From Utricularia gibba (lineage: Eukaryota > Plantae > Magnoliophyta), in contig CM007990.1 of assembly GCA_002189035.1 (NCBI GenBank), positions 5,952,001 through 6,016,000 on the forward strand: 64,000 bases of DNA, in the 5' to 3' direction. The translations under genes and the position numbers were made by a program. Of this stretch, positions 37,171-50,215 are shown one piece after another. Each line of letters opens with the position of its first letter. Within the stretch, counting starts at the first letter, position 1. The notes under the pieces were generated by a model. It saw only the letters and a program-made list of their open reading frames with translations. It did not search any database and was not told the origin of the DNA.

Positions 37171-38183
37171 ATGGTCCCCCTTCTCCGGCGACTCCTCGCC
37201 GCCGTGGCCGTCCTGCTCCTCTTCCTCCTCCCGCGGCATTCCGCGGAGGACCCACATCTCCAGTTCCATGAGGCTCCCGCTTTCCGGAACGGCCGCTCCT
37301 GCTCCTCTGAGCAGACGGTTCACATCGCCATGACGCTGGATTACTCCACCCACTACCTCCGTGGCTCCATCGCCGCCGTCCTCTCCGTTCTTCAGCACTC
37401 CACTTGCCCGGAAAACAACGTTTTCCATTTCCTCGCAATCCCCTTGCACCTCACCCTCCTCAACCACACCATCTCCTCTACCTTCCCTTACCTCTCCTTT
37501 CACCTCTACCGTTTCGATCCCTCCGCCGTCACGCATCTTATTTCCTCCTCCATCCGCTGCGCCCTCGACCACCCCCTCAATTACGCCAGGATCTACCTCG
37601 CCGATCTCCTCCCGCCGTCGCTCACCCGCGTCATCTACCTGGATTCTGATCTCATCCTCGTCGACGACATCGCCAAACTCTGGAAAACCCAACTCGATTT
37701 TCACACCCTCGCCGCGCCGGAATACTGTCACGCAAACTTCACCTACTATTTCACCTCCAAATTCTGGGCGAACCCATTCTTCTCCTCCACTTTCCGAGGC
37801 CGGAAGCCCTGCTATTTCAACACCGGGGTGATGGTAATCGATCTAACCAAATGGAGGCGCCAGACGTTGACCAAGAAATTGGAGCATTGGATGAGGGTTC
37901 AGAAACGGCACAGGATTTACGATCTGGGTTCCCTTCCTCCGTTCCTGTTGGTCTTCGCCGGCAATGTGGAGGCGGTGGAGCACCGGTGGAACCAGCACGG
38001 CCTCGGCGGAGATAACATCGAAGGTCTCTGTAGAGATCTGCATCCCGGCCCGTGAGTCTCCTTCACTGGAGTGGGAAAGGGAAACCGTGGCTCAGGATTG
38101 ACGCTAAAAGGGCTTGTACCTTGGATAAGCTTTGGGCGCCTTACGACTTGTACAGACATGAGTCACTATTTTCCTTCAGGTGA
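37171..38183 (+). CDS. GATL3: Galacturonosyltransferase-like (GT8), intronless, with a 1-nt frameshift near the 3' end
   Basis: [27 protein letters not shown] (DxD) and [19 protein letters not shown] then stops at 38053-55, and [13 protein letters not shown]...LWAPYDLY continues in another frame to 38183. Confidence 0.9.
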
Positions 38184-38570
38184 GGACCACCGTAGAGGAT
38201 TCCTTCCAATAATCAAAAAGCGCCATCGAAGAGACAGAAAACGACGACGTGGGAGGGTAGAAGGTCACCGTCACACATTTCTTTTTCTTTATTTTTCATC
38301 ACAAGAATGGTATTGGCTTCAACTTTGGACGCGCCGGCGGCACCGGAGCTCACGGCGGCGGCCGGAGTTTGTGTGTCAATGCCTCTTATAATAATGTGTT
38401 GATGTACATAGATATCAATTAATCATTTTTTTTGTGCTTTTCGATTTATACTAAAAGGAAATGTATCTCAAATATCTTTGAAATTTTTCGATTTTTCAGT
38501 ATGTTTCCAAATCTGGAAAGGTATCCAGGGCAATACTCACCACGTCGTCATCCAAATAGGCATTGGGCTC

Positions 38571-38680
38571 ATTTAAATAGGCTTTTTAGCCCAAGAGGTT
38601 TGATTGAGGAAAGAGCCCGGCCTTATATCTTGGCCCAGATTGGTTTGTAATGGGCTGAGAAGAGCCGAATGGCCCATAAT
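38571..38680. promoter_or_regulatory. Site II-like cluster upstream of ILP1
   Basis: Several TGGGCY/RGCCCA motifs within about 110 bp before the ATG at 38731. Confidence 0.45.
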
Positions 38681-38730
38681 GCAACGTCTTTTCGCCGGTG
38701 ACGACGTTTACCAGTGCATCGCCGTTCACC

Positions 38731-41700
38731 ATGAGCACCGCAAAATCGCGCAACTTCAGGCGGCGTGGCGGCGGGGAGGATGAGGATGGGGAAGACAATA
38801 ATGGCTCTGCTGTCACGCCCGCCGCGAAAAGCAAGGGAATTGATGCTTACACCGCAGGCAAAGCGTCTTCCGTCAAGACGCAGCAAAAATCGGCCTCTCA
38901 ATCTGGCAGGAAAAGTCTCCTTTCCTTCTCCGGTGACATTGAAGAATCTGCCTTCACTCCGGCCCCATCGAAACAACAGTCTTCTTCCTCGTTTCGCTCG
39001 TCGAAGTCATCGGCACATCAGCTCACCTCTGCGAAAGATAGAAGTGCACCTCATCCGTCATCCTCGTCCGTCCCCTCGAATGTCCAGCCTCAAGCCGGGA
39101 CTTATACCAAAGAAGCCCTACTTGAGCTTCAGAAGAATACTCGAACCCTAGCTGCGTCTGCTCGTAGCAAGCAGAAGCCTGAAGAGGAAACGGTTATACT
39201 CCTGAAGGGTTTGATAAAACCTGTCAAGTCTGATGATTTGGATTCTGCCAGTGGCGTAAAAAGTGGGGATCTTCTGGAGCATGGTGCTGATTTTGATATG
39301 ATGAATGAAAATTTAAGCGCTGAGAAGGATACCGCCTTGACCAAATTGAGTGGTCTAGGAATTGGAGGCTTGGATGAGGATAAAGAAGTTATACCAGACA
39401 AGGCAACCATAGAAGCAATTAGAGCAAAGAGGGAGAGGCTTAGGAAGGCCAAGGCGGCAGCACCAGATTATATAGCTCTAGATGGAGGGAGTAATCATGG
39501 TGCAGCTGAAGGTTTGAGTGATGAGGAGCCAGAGTTTAGGGGAAGAATCGGTTTTTTCGCCGAAAAAATTATTAGTCATGATGGAAGGGGTGTTTTTGAG
39601 CATGTGGAACAGAGGGCCATTCCCAAAGATAGGGATAGGGGTGTAGAAAGCGGAAGTGATGCTGAAGATGAAGAGGATAAAATGTGGGAGGAAGAACAGG
39701 TTAGGAAGGGATTGGGAAAGAGGCTGGACAACGGTGCTGGAGTCCAGGGAATCGGCGTTGGCATTAGCACTGGCGTTAGCAACACTCCTGTTGTTGGCCC
39801 CAAGCAAGGCGCGGGATATTTTAGTGATGCCTCAGCGGGAATGTATACGCCTGGACAGTATATAGGTTCGAATAATGCTGATAATGGCAATGTGTTAGCT
39901 GGGAGTGGGGGATTATATGCTTCGGATGTGATTCCAATTTCTCAGCAGGCCGAGCTCGCTAAGAAAGCTTTGAATGCCAATGTGGCAAGGCTCAAGGTAT
40001 GTTTAGCTGGTTGCATTATATTCTAGGTACTTCAATATTTTTAATTCTGACTGTAATTTGCCTTGTTCCTTTTTTCTTTATCTCAGGAATCTCATGATCG
40101 AACCTTGATGTCACTGGCAAATGCTGATGAGAATCTTTCTTCTTCATTGATTAAAGTCACAACCCTTGAGAATTCTTTGGCAGCTGCAGGCGAGAAGTTC
40201 TTATTTATGCAAAAGCTTCGTGACTTTACTTCAGTTCTTTGTGATTTCTTACAGGTACTGGATATCCTTGTTGAATAATTCTGTTGTTATGCTAGAATGC
40301 TGTCAAGTTAAAGTTGGAAATTTTATTTTTTCTGAACCTTGCATTCTTAAGAGGTATAATAGCGCCATTTAACAATTCCATTTATTTTTGTAGCATAAAG
40401 CTCCTTACATTGAGGAACTTGAAGAGCATATGCAGAAGGTTCATGAAGAACGAGCAAGAGCCATTGAAGAAAGGAGGCAGGCAGACAATGATGATGAAAT
40501 GCCTGTAATACACGCAGCTATAATGGCAGCAAGAGCTGAGCTTTATAAGGGAGGAAATAATGCTGCCAAGGCAGCTGCAGCCGCTTCTGCTGCTGCTCAG
40601 GCTGCATCTGCTAGTGTAGCAGCATCTAATGCGCCAGTGGAACTGGATGGGTTTGGCAGGGATGTTAATCTACAAAAACGAATGAATATCAGCAGAAGGG
40701 CAGAGGCTCGACAGAAACGAAGAGCCAAAGCTGATGCCAAAAGAAAACTGGAGATTGAAAAAAATGGCTCCTACATGGAAATGGATGGAGAATATAGCAC
40801 CGATGAGAGTGATAGTGAGACCAAAGCATATGATTCAACGAGAAATGAGTTGCTTAATGTTGCTGATAAAATTTTCAGTGATGCAGCTGAAGAATATGGC
40901 CGTTTTGATATTGTAGTTGAAAATTTTGATAGATGGAAGAACCAGTATGCATCAAGCTACCGTGATGCTTATATGCCTTCTAGCGTACCCACCATATTCT
41001 CGCCATTTGTGAGGCTGGAGCTTCTAAAGTGGGATCCGCTTCATGGGGAGTCAGATTTCGTCAGCATGAGATGGTACTATCCGATCTCTTTCTCTCTTTT
41101 TTTTTTTTTTTCTCAGCGTAGCACTTGATACTTCTTCAATGGTTTCATCCCTGATAAGTGACTTATTAATACTTAATGATGTGCTTGCTTGTATACCTGT
41201 AAAGCATTGAAATGCTTCCTTTTCTGTGGCCGTACCTTCTCTCAGGTTTTTTAATGGCCTGTTGGTTATATTTTGTTATCCCTGCATTAGAAAATTGTAG
41301 CTACTGCTTGATGCCAAAAACGTACATTATCTGATTCTCCATATTTGATGTGTATATATTTCATTTATCTCCAGGCACTCCTTGTTGTTCACTTATAGCC
41401 AGAGAGAGGATGATGAGGATGCAAATCTTATTCCCCAGTTGGTTGAAAAACTCGCAATTCCTATCCTACGCCATCAGTTAATTCATTGCTGGGACATTTT
41501 TAGTACCCATGAAACCAAGTGTGCTGTTTCCGCAATGAACCTAATTATCCGCTATGTGGACCTCTCCAGCGAAGGTCTTGGGGATCTGATCTCTATGCTT
41601 TGTGAACGTCTTACAAAAGCTGTGGCTGATATGACGGTAACTCCTCTTCTAGAGTGGCTTTTTGCTGATGCTATTACTCTATGTTTTCTGATCACCTTTG

Positions 41701-42282
41701 TGTTATCCAAATGCAGGTGCCAACTTGGAGTCAATTAGAAATGAATGCGGTGCCAAATGCGGCAAGGATGGCAGCCTATCGATATGGATCTTCTATTCGC
41801 CTAATGAGGAACATATGTTTATGGAACAATATCCTGGCAATGCCATTTCTGGAGAAGATTGCTCTTGATCAACTTCTATATGGCAAGATCCTTCCTCATC
41901 TCTACAGCATACAATCGAATGTCCACGATGCAATTTTTCGAACCGAGAGACTAGTTTCTTCCTTGAGTGGTGTATGGGCAGGGCCTGGTGCTACTAAGAA
42001 CCAGAGGTTAGACATTATCTATTTTCTCATGTAGTGGAAGCTGCGCGGTTTTCATAACATCGGTTTCTTACTTGAGGTTTATTTTATAGCCAAAAGCTGG
42101 TGAAATTGGTGGATTACTTGCTTTCCATTGGGAAGGCATTGGAATCACGGCAGTTTTCGGGCGAAATTGATGTCGAAACTAGTAAACTCGTGCGGCGGAT
42201 GAAGAAGATTTTGGTGGAACTTAACCAATATGACCATGCAAGAGCCATCTCAAGGACATTTAAGCTCAAGGAGGCACTGTGA
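38731..42282 (+). CDS. ILP1: Transcriptional repressor/splicing factor ILP1 (GC-rich sequence DNA-binding factor, PAXBP1/Ntr2-like)
   Basis: MSTAKSRNFRRR, QPQAGTYTKEALLELQKNT, WEEEQVRKGLGKR, PVELDGFGRD, VRLELLKWDPL and LVELNQYDHAR...FKLKEAL; about 7 exons. Confidence 0.92.
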
Positions 42283-42530
42283 TGTTCTTCTACTTATGCT
42301 GTACAAATTTTGGTGAAGTAAGTGGTCGCCATTCGTTTCGGTTTATTCCTGTGTTCGCCATCCATATATCATGAGGTTAACACAGAAACTTACATTGGAA
42401 CCAATTCATGATCTAAGTAACTCTTTGAATATTTGGCATCAACACTGCATTCCAGCCTAGATAAAAAATACATGGATCTGGATCAGATTTCAGTTAGGAT
42501 CAGCAAGATGCTGCGATCACTAGGATGGTG

Positions 42531-45500
42531 CTATACATCGTCATCTTCATGTACTTGTACAAAATCTTCGATGGATACACGACAGATGGGGCACCTCTTG
42601 CACTTCTCGCTGCAATGGCTGCACACAAACATACGAAGCTATCATCTCTCCTTCCTAACTTCTAAAAGGGTAGACCCCGGGAATGAATCCTTCCATACCT
42701 GCAGAGGACATAATGCTTACAGGGCAGCAGAACGACATTGATTTCCTCATCAAAGCATACCCGGCAAAGTATTTTCTCCTGAAATCAACCAAACTCTATT
42801 TGTTATAACTCATATACACCAACAGCAGCAGAAACTAATGTGCTCGAGGACTGTCAGCTTCCACTCCCATTGCATGTACTGAGATATCATTCGCAGGCTT
42901 GGTCTCAGTTTGCACGATTAATGAAGTGGAAGCGAACTACCTACATTTTGAAGCCGCTCAAACTCTTCCTGGCTTATATTTGTTATCTCTGTTTGCGCAG
43001 CCAGTGCTGATTGAAGCCTCCATATCTTTAGGGAAAAAGGTGTAAATCTGATCAGGTATAAGCCCATGGTTTGTATCGCTACAGTAAAGAATAAGCAAGC
43101 TCCCATATCTTTAGAGAAAAATTATATCATATTGTAAAGAAGAAAAAACTTCAATATTCAAATGCAACATTAATGAACCCAATCTGCGACAAGATCAAGA
43201 AACAAGCAAAGGAAAACTGACCTCCTTGGCAAGCTCAGATTTGCGCATTTTCTTTACATTGTCTGGTGAAAAAGTATTATACCTGCAAAAAAAGTGAAAG
43301 CATTTAGGTCACTGCATAAAGGGATTCTTTAAGTGTTGATTCTGCCCGCAGATTCATCGAAGCTTTGGTATCCTAAACAAAATCATACCCTGAATCTGCA
43401 GTCCAATAGAGCCTGGCTTGCTCTTCTCGACTTCCTTCATCAATAGACCACCAGCCAAGCAACCTGGATAAAAAGCATCTCATAAAACATGAAAACCAGA
43501 TGCAAGCTTCAGCGCAAATTTGCTTATTTAAGTTTACCTAGACCCACGGCGCAGAAATCCCATGTAATCATAAGCTGTTTGTGGCAGTCTGAAACTGCTT
43601 CCTGTATCCGCTTCATCATTCCTCAACTGACTGACCTTCTCAAATAACCTAAATATGGCAAACAAAAGTCCAGCACCTTGCAGCAACAGAAGGGGAGAGA
43701 ACAAAACTGGAATTGGTATTTTTCTAGCGCTTGGAGGAGTTCCCTGAATTCATGGACCGTAACGAGCATGTTAACCAATTTATATAAAACATTAATTAGT
43801 CAAAAGGTTTCTGGCATTACCTCCAAGTACATGAACAGCATCACCTGAAAGCCAATGAAGGGAATCTTCATCACATGCCCACCAATATCTTGCATGCTGC
43901 ACAGTCTGTTATCCTGAGGATCTTCCAGGGAAGATCCTAAGAGACTACCAGTGTTCCATGACGGGTATCTCATACTCGTAGAAGATGAGTATGCAGACCT
44001 AATGTTTATTGAAGATGTAGATCCTACTCGCTGATTTGAGGACCGATGGATTGAGGGATTGTACCACTTCGTGCAGATAAGGAAGGCAAAACATTCAGCA
44101 ACACTAAAAAAAAAGGAAAATTATTTTAGCTAACAGTGTAGCTATGAGCCATGATGGGCAATTAACAAGAGATGGCATTTTGTACCCATAGTTGATAAAG
44201 AGATCCCACCATCCAAGGGCAGCTACATCACCTGTCAACAGGCATTGGAAGAAACAGGGCATAAGGATTTCTTCTTAAAAAAGAAAAAAAAAAAAAAAAA
44301 CTGGCTCTAACAGCATAGGCAATAAGTACACAGGCCTTGCTCGTTCGCAGATTTTCAGAGCAGAATTTTAATAAAGATAAGGACATGGATGAATGGACTA
44401 ACAAAAGAACAAGGCCATAGTTCAAAATGCGTCTTGAGCCTTACTAACAACAGCTATGAAAGTAAACAACATAAATTGATTTACCACTTAGTTTCAGAAA
44501 CGTAAATATGGTCGCAGCTATGAAGAACACCATTGAAATTGAAACCCAAAAATGCTGCATAAAAGTAAACAACACAATACTTCAGAGTCCATTAGATCAC
44601 CAATGGAGAAAATGAGTATCTAGTAACTTTAAGAATTACGAAATGCTTGAGTTTAGCAAGTTTCAACATTAAAACTTACAGGAAGAGTTTCCCATATAGC
44701 CTCATCACTGACGTTATCTTCATCTCCAGGCATAAGTGCCCGGCACATCCTATGAAGAAGAAAACAAAAACAACGTGAGATTTGTTTAACGAGAAAAAAT
44801 CAATCCCCAAAATTGAAATAATATAGGGAATCACGGTTCCTGCATAGTTCCTTAAAAAGTAGAGAAGAATACCGGATATTATCAACCAAAATTGCAATTT
44901 CTAGTGCTATGAGCGGCAGGAATACAATCTTCAAACTTACAGCTGCCACATCACACCAATGCTCATATTAGGGTGTTTCTCAATAAAGCAATCACAGATG
45001 GAAAATAACTCTTCTCAATGTTACCTAATGGCCTCCCAAGATGTACACAAAGGAGAAGTTCAAAAGCGACGAGCAATGGAGCAGCCACAATGGCATGAAA
45101 TGGAGCCCACTGGAGTGAAGAATGTTAGAAAAAAAAACTAACGAGTCTGTAAAGCAAGTCTCAGAGTGGATAAAAAAGATCCATGCGTTATGATTAGCTG
45201 ATTTAAGCGTCATACATATCGGCCATGAGGCATAGATGGTGCAGGTAAAGAGAATCTCCCTCTTGCCACAACAGCATGAAACAACCATAGTGGAGAGAAG
45301 ACAAACCTACAGATTTCGACGAAAACAACGTAAACACAGAGCAACTGGTAATGTGGAGACTAAAAAACTTACATGATCAAATTAATTGTAAATCCAAAAA
45401 CTCCTATCTTGAGTAAATTTTACAATTATCTTGAAGTTTCAGATGATATGGAAGTTAAGAGAATCTCGTTTTACACCATATTACCACTAGACCTAACTTC

Positions 45501-45890
45501 AAAATCGGGCTACACCTTCTACTGCTCTAGGTAATTCTTGGTTGATTTTTTGGTACTCCTACGTGAATATCGACCCAAAGACGGAATCTAAACCGATGAA
45601 AACGTAACGTACAGTGCGCAAACTGATGAAGCGGGCGATTAAATTCAGGCAAATAAGTCATCAAGAACCCAAATTGTCGTCGAGAAAAAGCAGAAAGCAT
45701 CCTAAATTGGAAAAAGAGAGGAAACTAGAATACTGCATAGGCGGGAAAGAAGAAGGGGAAGAAATACAAACCACCACGACAAGTTCACAGCTCGATGAAG
45801 CTTGAGGGAAAGTATTAGCGTGAAAAAGAAAAGCAGCCCATGAGCTGAAACCACTTGGAGGGACTTGAAAACTCTCCTCCAGCTACCCAT
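42531..45890 (-). CDS. Transmembrane Fragile-X-F-associated (TMEM185-like) protein with C-terminal RING-HC E3 domain
   Basis: Exons traced: VVARGRFSLPAPS, CRALMPGDE..EAIWETLP, GWWDLFINYG, GWWSIDEGSREEQARL and LCRVCFDEEINVVLLPCKHYVLC..C..CKRCPICR. Confidence 0.92.
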
Positions 45891-46248
45891 CCTTGCTTAT
45901 TATATATCCGTCCGTCCCTGCGACCGGCAAATTGGTTGCACCAATAAACTGAATTCAGCAGCAGAAACCCCCAGATGTCAAAACTCGAACTTCAATTTGA
46001 TTCAGACGAGAAGCAGGTTCCCCGGAGAGACGCAGTGCAGGAGACGCGGGTTTTGAAAACGGCCCGGCCCGAAAGAAAGAGAATCCACGGTTTTTTTCTT
46101 TTGTTTTTTTAAGGGTCGCCCATTGTATTTATGTGAAAAGTCAATATTATCCCTTGTACGGCATAAACACCCTGCTCTTAATCATTTCTTTTTGAGAAGG
46201 TAATTAATTGTCCCACATTGACCTTTCGGGATGCGATGATGACGTCGA

Positions 46249-46317
46249 GCCCATTGGGCTGTAATTCAGAACGTTAGGCCCATTGGGCTGTAATTCAGAA
46301 CGTTAGGCCCATTGGGC
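46249..46317. repeat. 29-bp tandem repeat (about 2.4 copies) carrying GCCCATTGGGC
   Basis: Units at 46249-46277 and 46278-46306 are identical; partial unit at 46307-46317. Confidence 0.95.
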
Positions 46318-46874
46318 ACACCAAAAAATGGACCCCCATGTCGCTCTCCACAGCCCTTCTAACATCATATTATATTCTGTGTACAATCAAAACTCAACCC
46401 TTCTTTTTTAGTCCAAAAGGAGTGATGCATGCAGACACGCATGGGCAAGTTACTGGAAACCCATCCCTTGTTATGAAGGAAGCGGATGAGGGACTGGAGC
46501 GGGGAAGCTTTCACCAACTTGAATGCCACGGAGATTCGAGGGGAGTAGGACGTCCCCCACTCTAAACCCTAACCAGCGCAGTGATGATGACACGCGATAG
46601 GAGGATAATAACTTTAGCTTCACCAACTACGGGCTTTCACCACTCCCCACTCCTCTCTCTCACCATCACCCCTTCCAGTTCGAGTTCCAGCCTTCCTCTT
46701 CTACTGTCCACCCTATTTATAACAAGTGGAGATCAAGTGCTCATTCTGGTGCAACCTGCTGGCGGCGGCGACCAACTCCTCGAGCATACCACTCTTCTGG
46801 TTTTCTGGATTGGAATGGGTGGGTTATCATGCATGGACTTTTGAGCTCGAGGAGTGCGGAATGTTGTTCCCTAT

Positions 46875-46931
46875 GGATGGGATGGGATGGGATGGGATGG
46901 GATGCCCTCCCTCTCCCTCTCCCTCTCCCCC
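46875..46931. repeat. (GGGAT)5 tract directly followed by a (CCCTCT)n tract
   Basis: Five GGG runs (46879-46901), then five C-runs (46905-46931). Confidence 0.9.
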
Positions 46932-47596
46932 ACAATTAGCTCCGGCTCGTGTTCCTGGTCCAAAGTCTGCAGCTTATTGATGTTGGGAGCGTTGTTTATT
47001 TACTCACCTTCGTCCCTCACTCATCAATGATGGATGTCCCCGCCGGGGACCCCTCTTGGTCCATTATCTCAGTACCACAACCGCGACCTCTCATTTTTCC
47101 ATTTCTTTTTCTCCCATATTTCCTCTTTTTAAAAAAAAAAAAAAAGAAGAGAAAAGAAAAGAAAAGAAAAGAAAATTCGCACACAACTTTCCAATTGGGG
47201 CTGCTTCGATTCCAATTGGGAGCTGCTTCGAAATGATGGAGGCGGAAAACTTTGGGGCTTTTGCGGGATTATTTTAGTGGAAGGGGGAAGCGTGGGTGAT
47301 GTTGGATAATCCTACGACATTCGTGTCATACAGTACGGGTACAGTGACAGACACGATGTAAGTGCGATATTAGAGAGAAGTGGGCTAATTGTGAGATTAG
47401 GGGAAAGTGGGGGGATCGAAAATGACTATTCAGATTTGTTGGTACTGGTCCCTTTAGGTTTATTATGTACCATTTCCAGCCCCACTAGCCTCCACTAATT
47501 TCCCCCTTTATTTTAATAGGTATTTGCAAACAAACCCCCTCTGCCACATGTCACCTAGAGACGCCCCCGTCTCCCCGTCTCCCAGACACCCGCCTC

Positions 47597-47620
47597 CTCT
47601 CTCTCTCTCTCTCTCTCTCT
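47597..47620 (+). repeat. (CT)n microsatellite
   Basis: About 12 dinucleotide units. Confidence 0.9.
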
Positions 47621-48427
47621 GCGTCTTTCGGGCTCGACAAGAACTAATTCTGCGTTTTATCAAACATAAACTAAAAATTCGAAGTAGTTCACTGTAATAA
47701 ATCGATACCAGAATCGGGGATGAGCTGCGCAACCCTAGTGTGCAGTGGCATCACCTAGCAAGAATGAGATTTACCGGAAGGTACCCTTCACTTTCACCCT
47801 ACAGGAGGGTAGTCGTCATTTACCTGTAAGCCGTCCCTAGATTTTGAGAATCCCACGTCCTCGAGATTACACCCACCAATCTCTGCAACTGGGAAAGCAG
47901 ATTACAAGCTACCAAAGACAAAAAGACACCGCTTTCACATGCATATATGCGGATACATAGAAAGAAATGTATGTTTTTTTTTTTTTCTATCTCGTTTTCA
48001 TATTTCATGCATGCCCATTACCTCGAAGATGGTCCCCTTGTGTTGGTACCCATAAATAAAAACACCATCTTCTTCATCTTCTTTTCAAAGTAGAAACGTC
48101 TTCGCTTTATTGTTCCCATTCTGTTAGATCGTTTTCGGGAGCCTTTTTAGAAAACAGATGTGTAGTACTCTGCTCTGCTCTCTTACAATTTGCTTTTGCT
48201 TTGGTGTTGCACTGATAACTCTGTGCTGCTTGCTAACCTTTTTAGCTGCAAACAGAGACCCTATGTCTAACACCTCTGCAGAATGTGCTGTATACCCTCT
48301 CTTAATTGCCTCATTTACTACCTTTGCTTTGCCATAAACGCCTCATAAAGGAAGCATCATTTTGTATTTCCACTGCCTTCCTCGGAGTTTCGGTCTCCAA
48401 AATTTGTTTCTGCAGTAGTAAGTGACC

Positions 48428-50215
48428 ATGAAAAAGCTCAAGACTTTCAGCTTTCCCGTTTTTGTCCTCTGCATGTTCTGTCTCACTGGTCCATCCGCCG
48501 GAGAAGATGAAGATTCCGCCGCGTCTCCGATGAAGGCATCGGAGAAAGCAGCTCTTTATTCTGCTATTCAGGGCTTCGTTGGAAAGGCGTGGAATGGCTC
48601 AGATCTTTATCCGGATCCCTGTGGCTGGACACCAATTCAGGTGAGAAAACACACCAAACCCCTTGCTTCATCACTCACCTTCTTCCTCTTGTATAGTCTG
48701 AGTAGTGTTTCATGGCGGCTGTAAGAAAGATGTTTTCTAAGCTACCTTTTTCTAGTATCAAATCAATGAACAGTAGCAACATACAAGAAGCAGAAGATGC
48801 CGGAATGGTTTTTTTTTTTTCGAATAAAAAGTCATGGATTTTCAACGGTCGTGAGGAAGAAATGAATGCACGCACCTTTTTACCTCTATTCCATCTTTTG
48901 TCGTTTCCCATATATCGGCAAGCCTACTTCACAAGATGGCTTTGCCTCTTCCATCTTCTCTGAACTGATGTCTCTAATTTCTCTGCAACCTCTAAAGAGA
49001 CAATGTTTGACTGCTCGACAGGGTGTCTCTTGCGATTTGATCAATGGGTACTGGTACGTAACTGAGATAAGCATCGGCCCGGTACACGACAACTCTCTAA
49101 CATGTGATGACAACGTGGAGTTCACCCCACATTTGTTTGCTCTAAGGCATCTGAAAACATTGTCCTTCTTCAACTGCTTCGTTTCAAAGGAGCGTTTGAT
49201 TTCGATTCCGACGGAGAAATGGGAGCTGCTGGGGGACACATTAGAGTCATTGGAGTTCCGGTTAAATCCAGGGCTCGGTGGACAAATACCAACCGCTTTT
49301 TGCGGGTTGAAGAAACTGAATTCTATGGTGCTGATGGAGAACGGACTTACTGGTGAGCTACCGGAAAATATTGGCTGCTTAGCCAATTTGAAAAGGATGA
49401 ATCTGGCTGGTAACTCCATCTCCGGTGCTATCCCCGCAAGTTTTGGTCAGATGAAGGAGCTGTTGATACTTGACTTGAGCAGGAACTCCATCTCTGGTGA
49501 ACTACCACCAGCTCTTGGTGGTATGATCTCACTGCTTAAGCTTGATCTGAGTGACAATCAGCTGGTGGGAACTATCCCTGAAATGCTTGGAAATCTGAAG
49601 AATCTCACACTTCTGGACCTTAGCAACAACAGATTTTCAGGTGGATTATCGAAAACAGTTCAAGAACTGAGCTCATTACAGGAACTGATCCTCTGCAACA
49701 ATCCAACGGGAGGGGAAATGACGAGCGTGCAATGGGAGAAGCTCATGAGTTTAACCGCACTAGATCTCTCAAACACGAGCCTAAGTGGTGGAATCCCAGA
49801 TTCGATCGGTGAGCTCAAGGCTCTGAGATTCTTGGGTCTCAATGACAACAATCTGATTGGAAATATCCCAGAAAAGCTTGAATCTTTACCAAACATCAGT
49901 TCGATCTATATTCAAGGCAACAACCTAACAGGGGAGCTCAAATTCTCTGACTGGTTTTACAGCAGGTTAGGCAAACGTTTCGGGGCATGGGGAAACGGAA
50001 ATCTCTGCTTCCCTTCCAGCACAATACGACAGAGCTACGCCCCTTTTGGAGTGAAGCAATGCACAGAAGATATCATAAAAAACGAGTCCCATCTAGAAGC
50101 ACATGCGGACAAGACTGGCTCGTTGCCGTCCCGAGCAGCATCGGTACATGGGATGGATGCATCTTTGGTTTCTTTAGCTATATTATGTCTCACAGCTCTA
50201 GCATTCCCCTTGTAA
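48428..50215 (+). CDS. LRR receptor-like protein, Piriformospora indica-insensitive 2 (PII-2)-like
   Basis: Signal peptide, WNGSDLYPDPCGWTPIQ|GVSCD (intron 48641-49021), about 9 plant-type LRRs, NGNLC cap and hydrophobic C-terminus; no kinase. Confidence 0.92.

Noticed and set aside
37093-37731. 212-aa antisense ORF over GATL
   Set aside because: It is explained by codon bias of the sense gene.
46210-46220. GTCCCACATTG, similar to the snRNA upstream sequence element
   Set aside because: There is no TATA box at Pol II or Pol III spacing and no snRNA sequence downstream.
46813-46823. GGAATGGGTGG resembling miR482/2118 star or NBS P-loop target
   Set aside because: There is no complementary arm, pairing would miss the miRNA 5' region, and there is no NB-ARC context.
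46776-46854. 11-bp inverted repeat ACTCCTCGAGC/GCTCGAGGAGT as a possible miRNA hairpin
   Set aside because: Inner pairing is poor and there is no match to conserved miRNAs that I recall.
47024-47068. Minus-strand RGVPGGDIHH-stop resembling a CLE motif
   Set aside because: It lacks two conserved prolines and is preceded by an in-frame stop, with no signal peptide or start.
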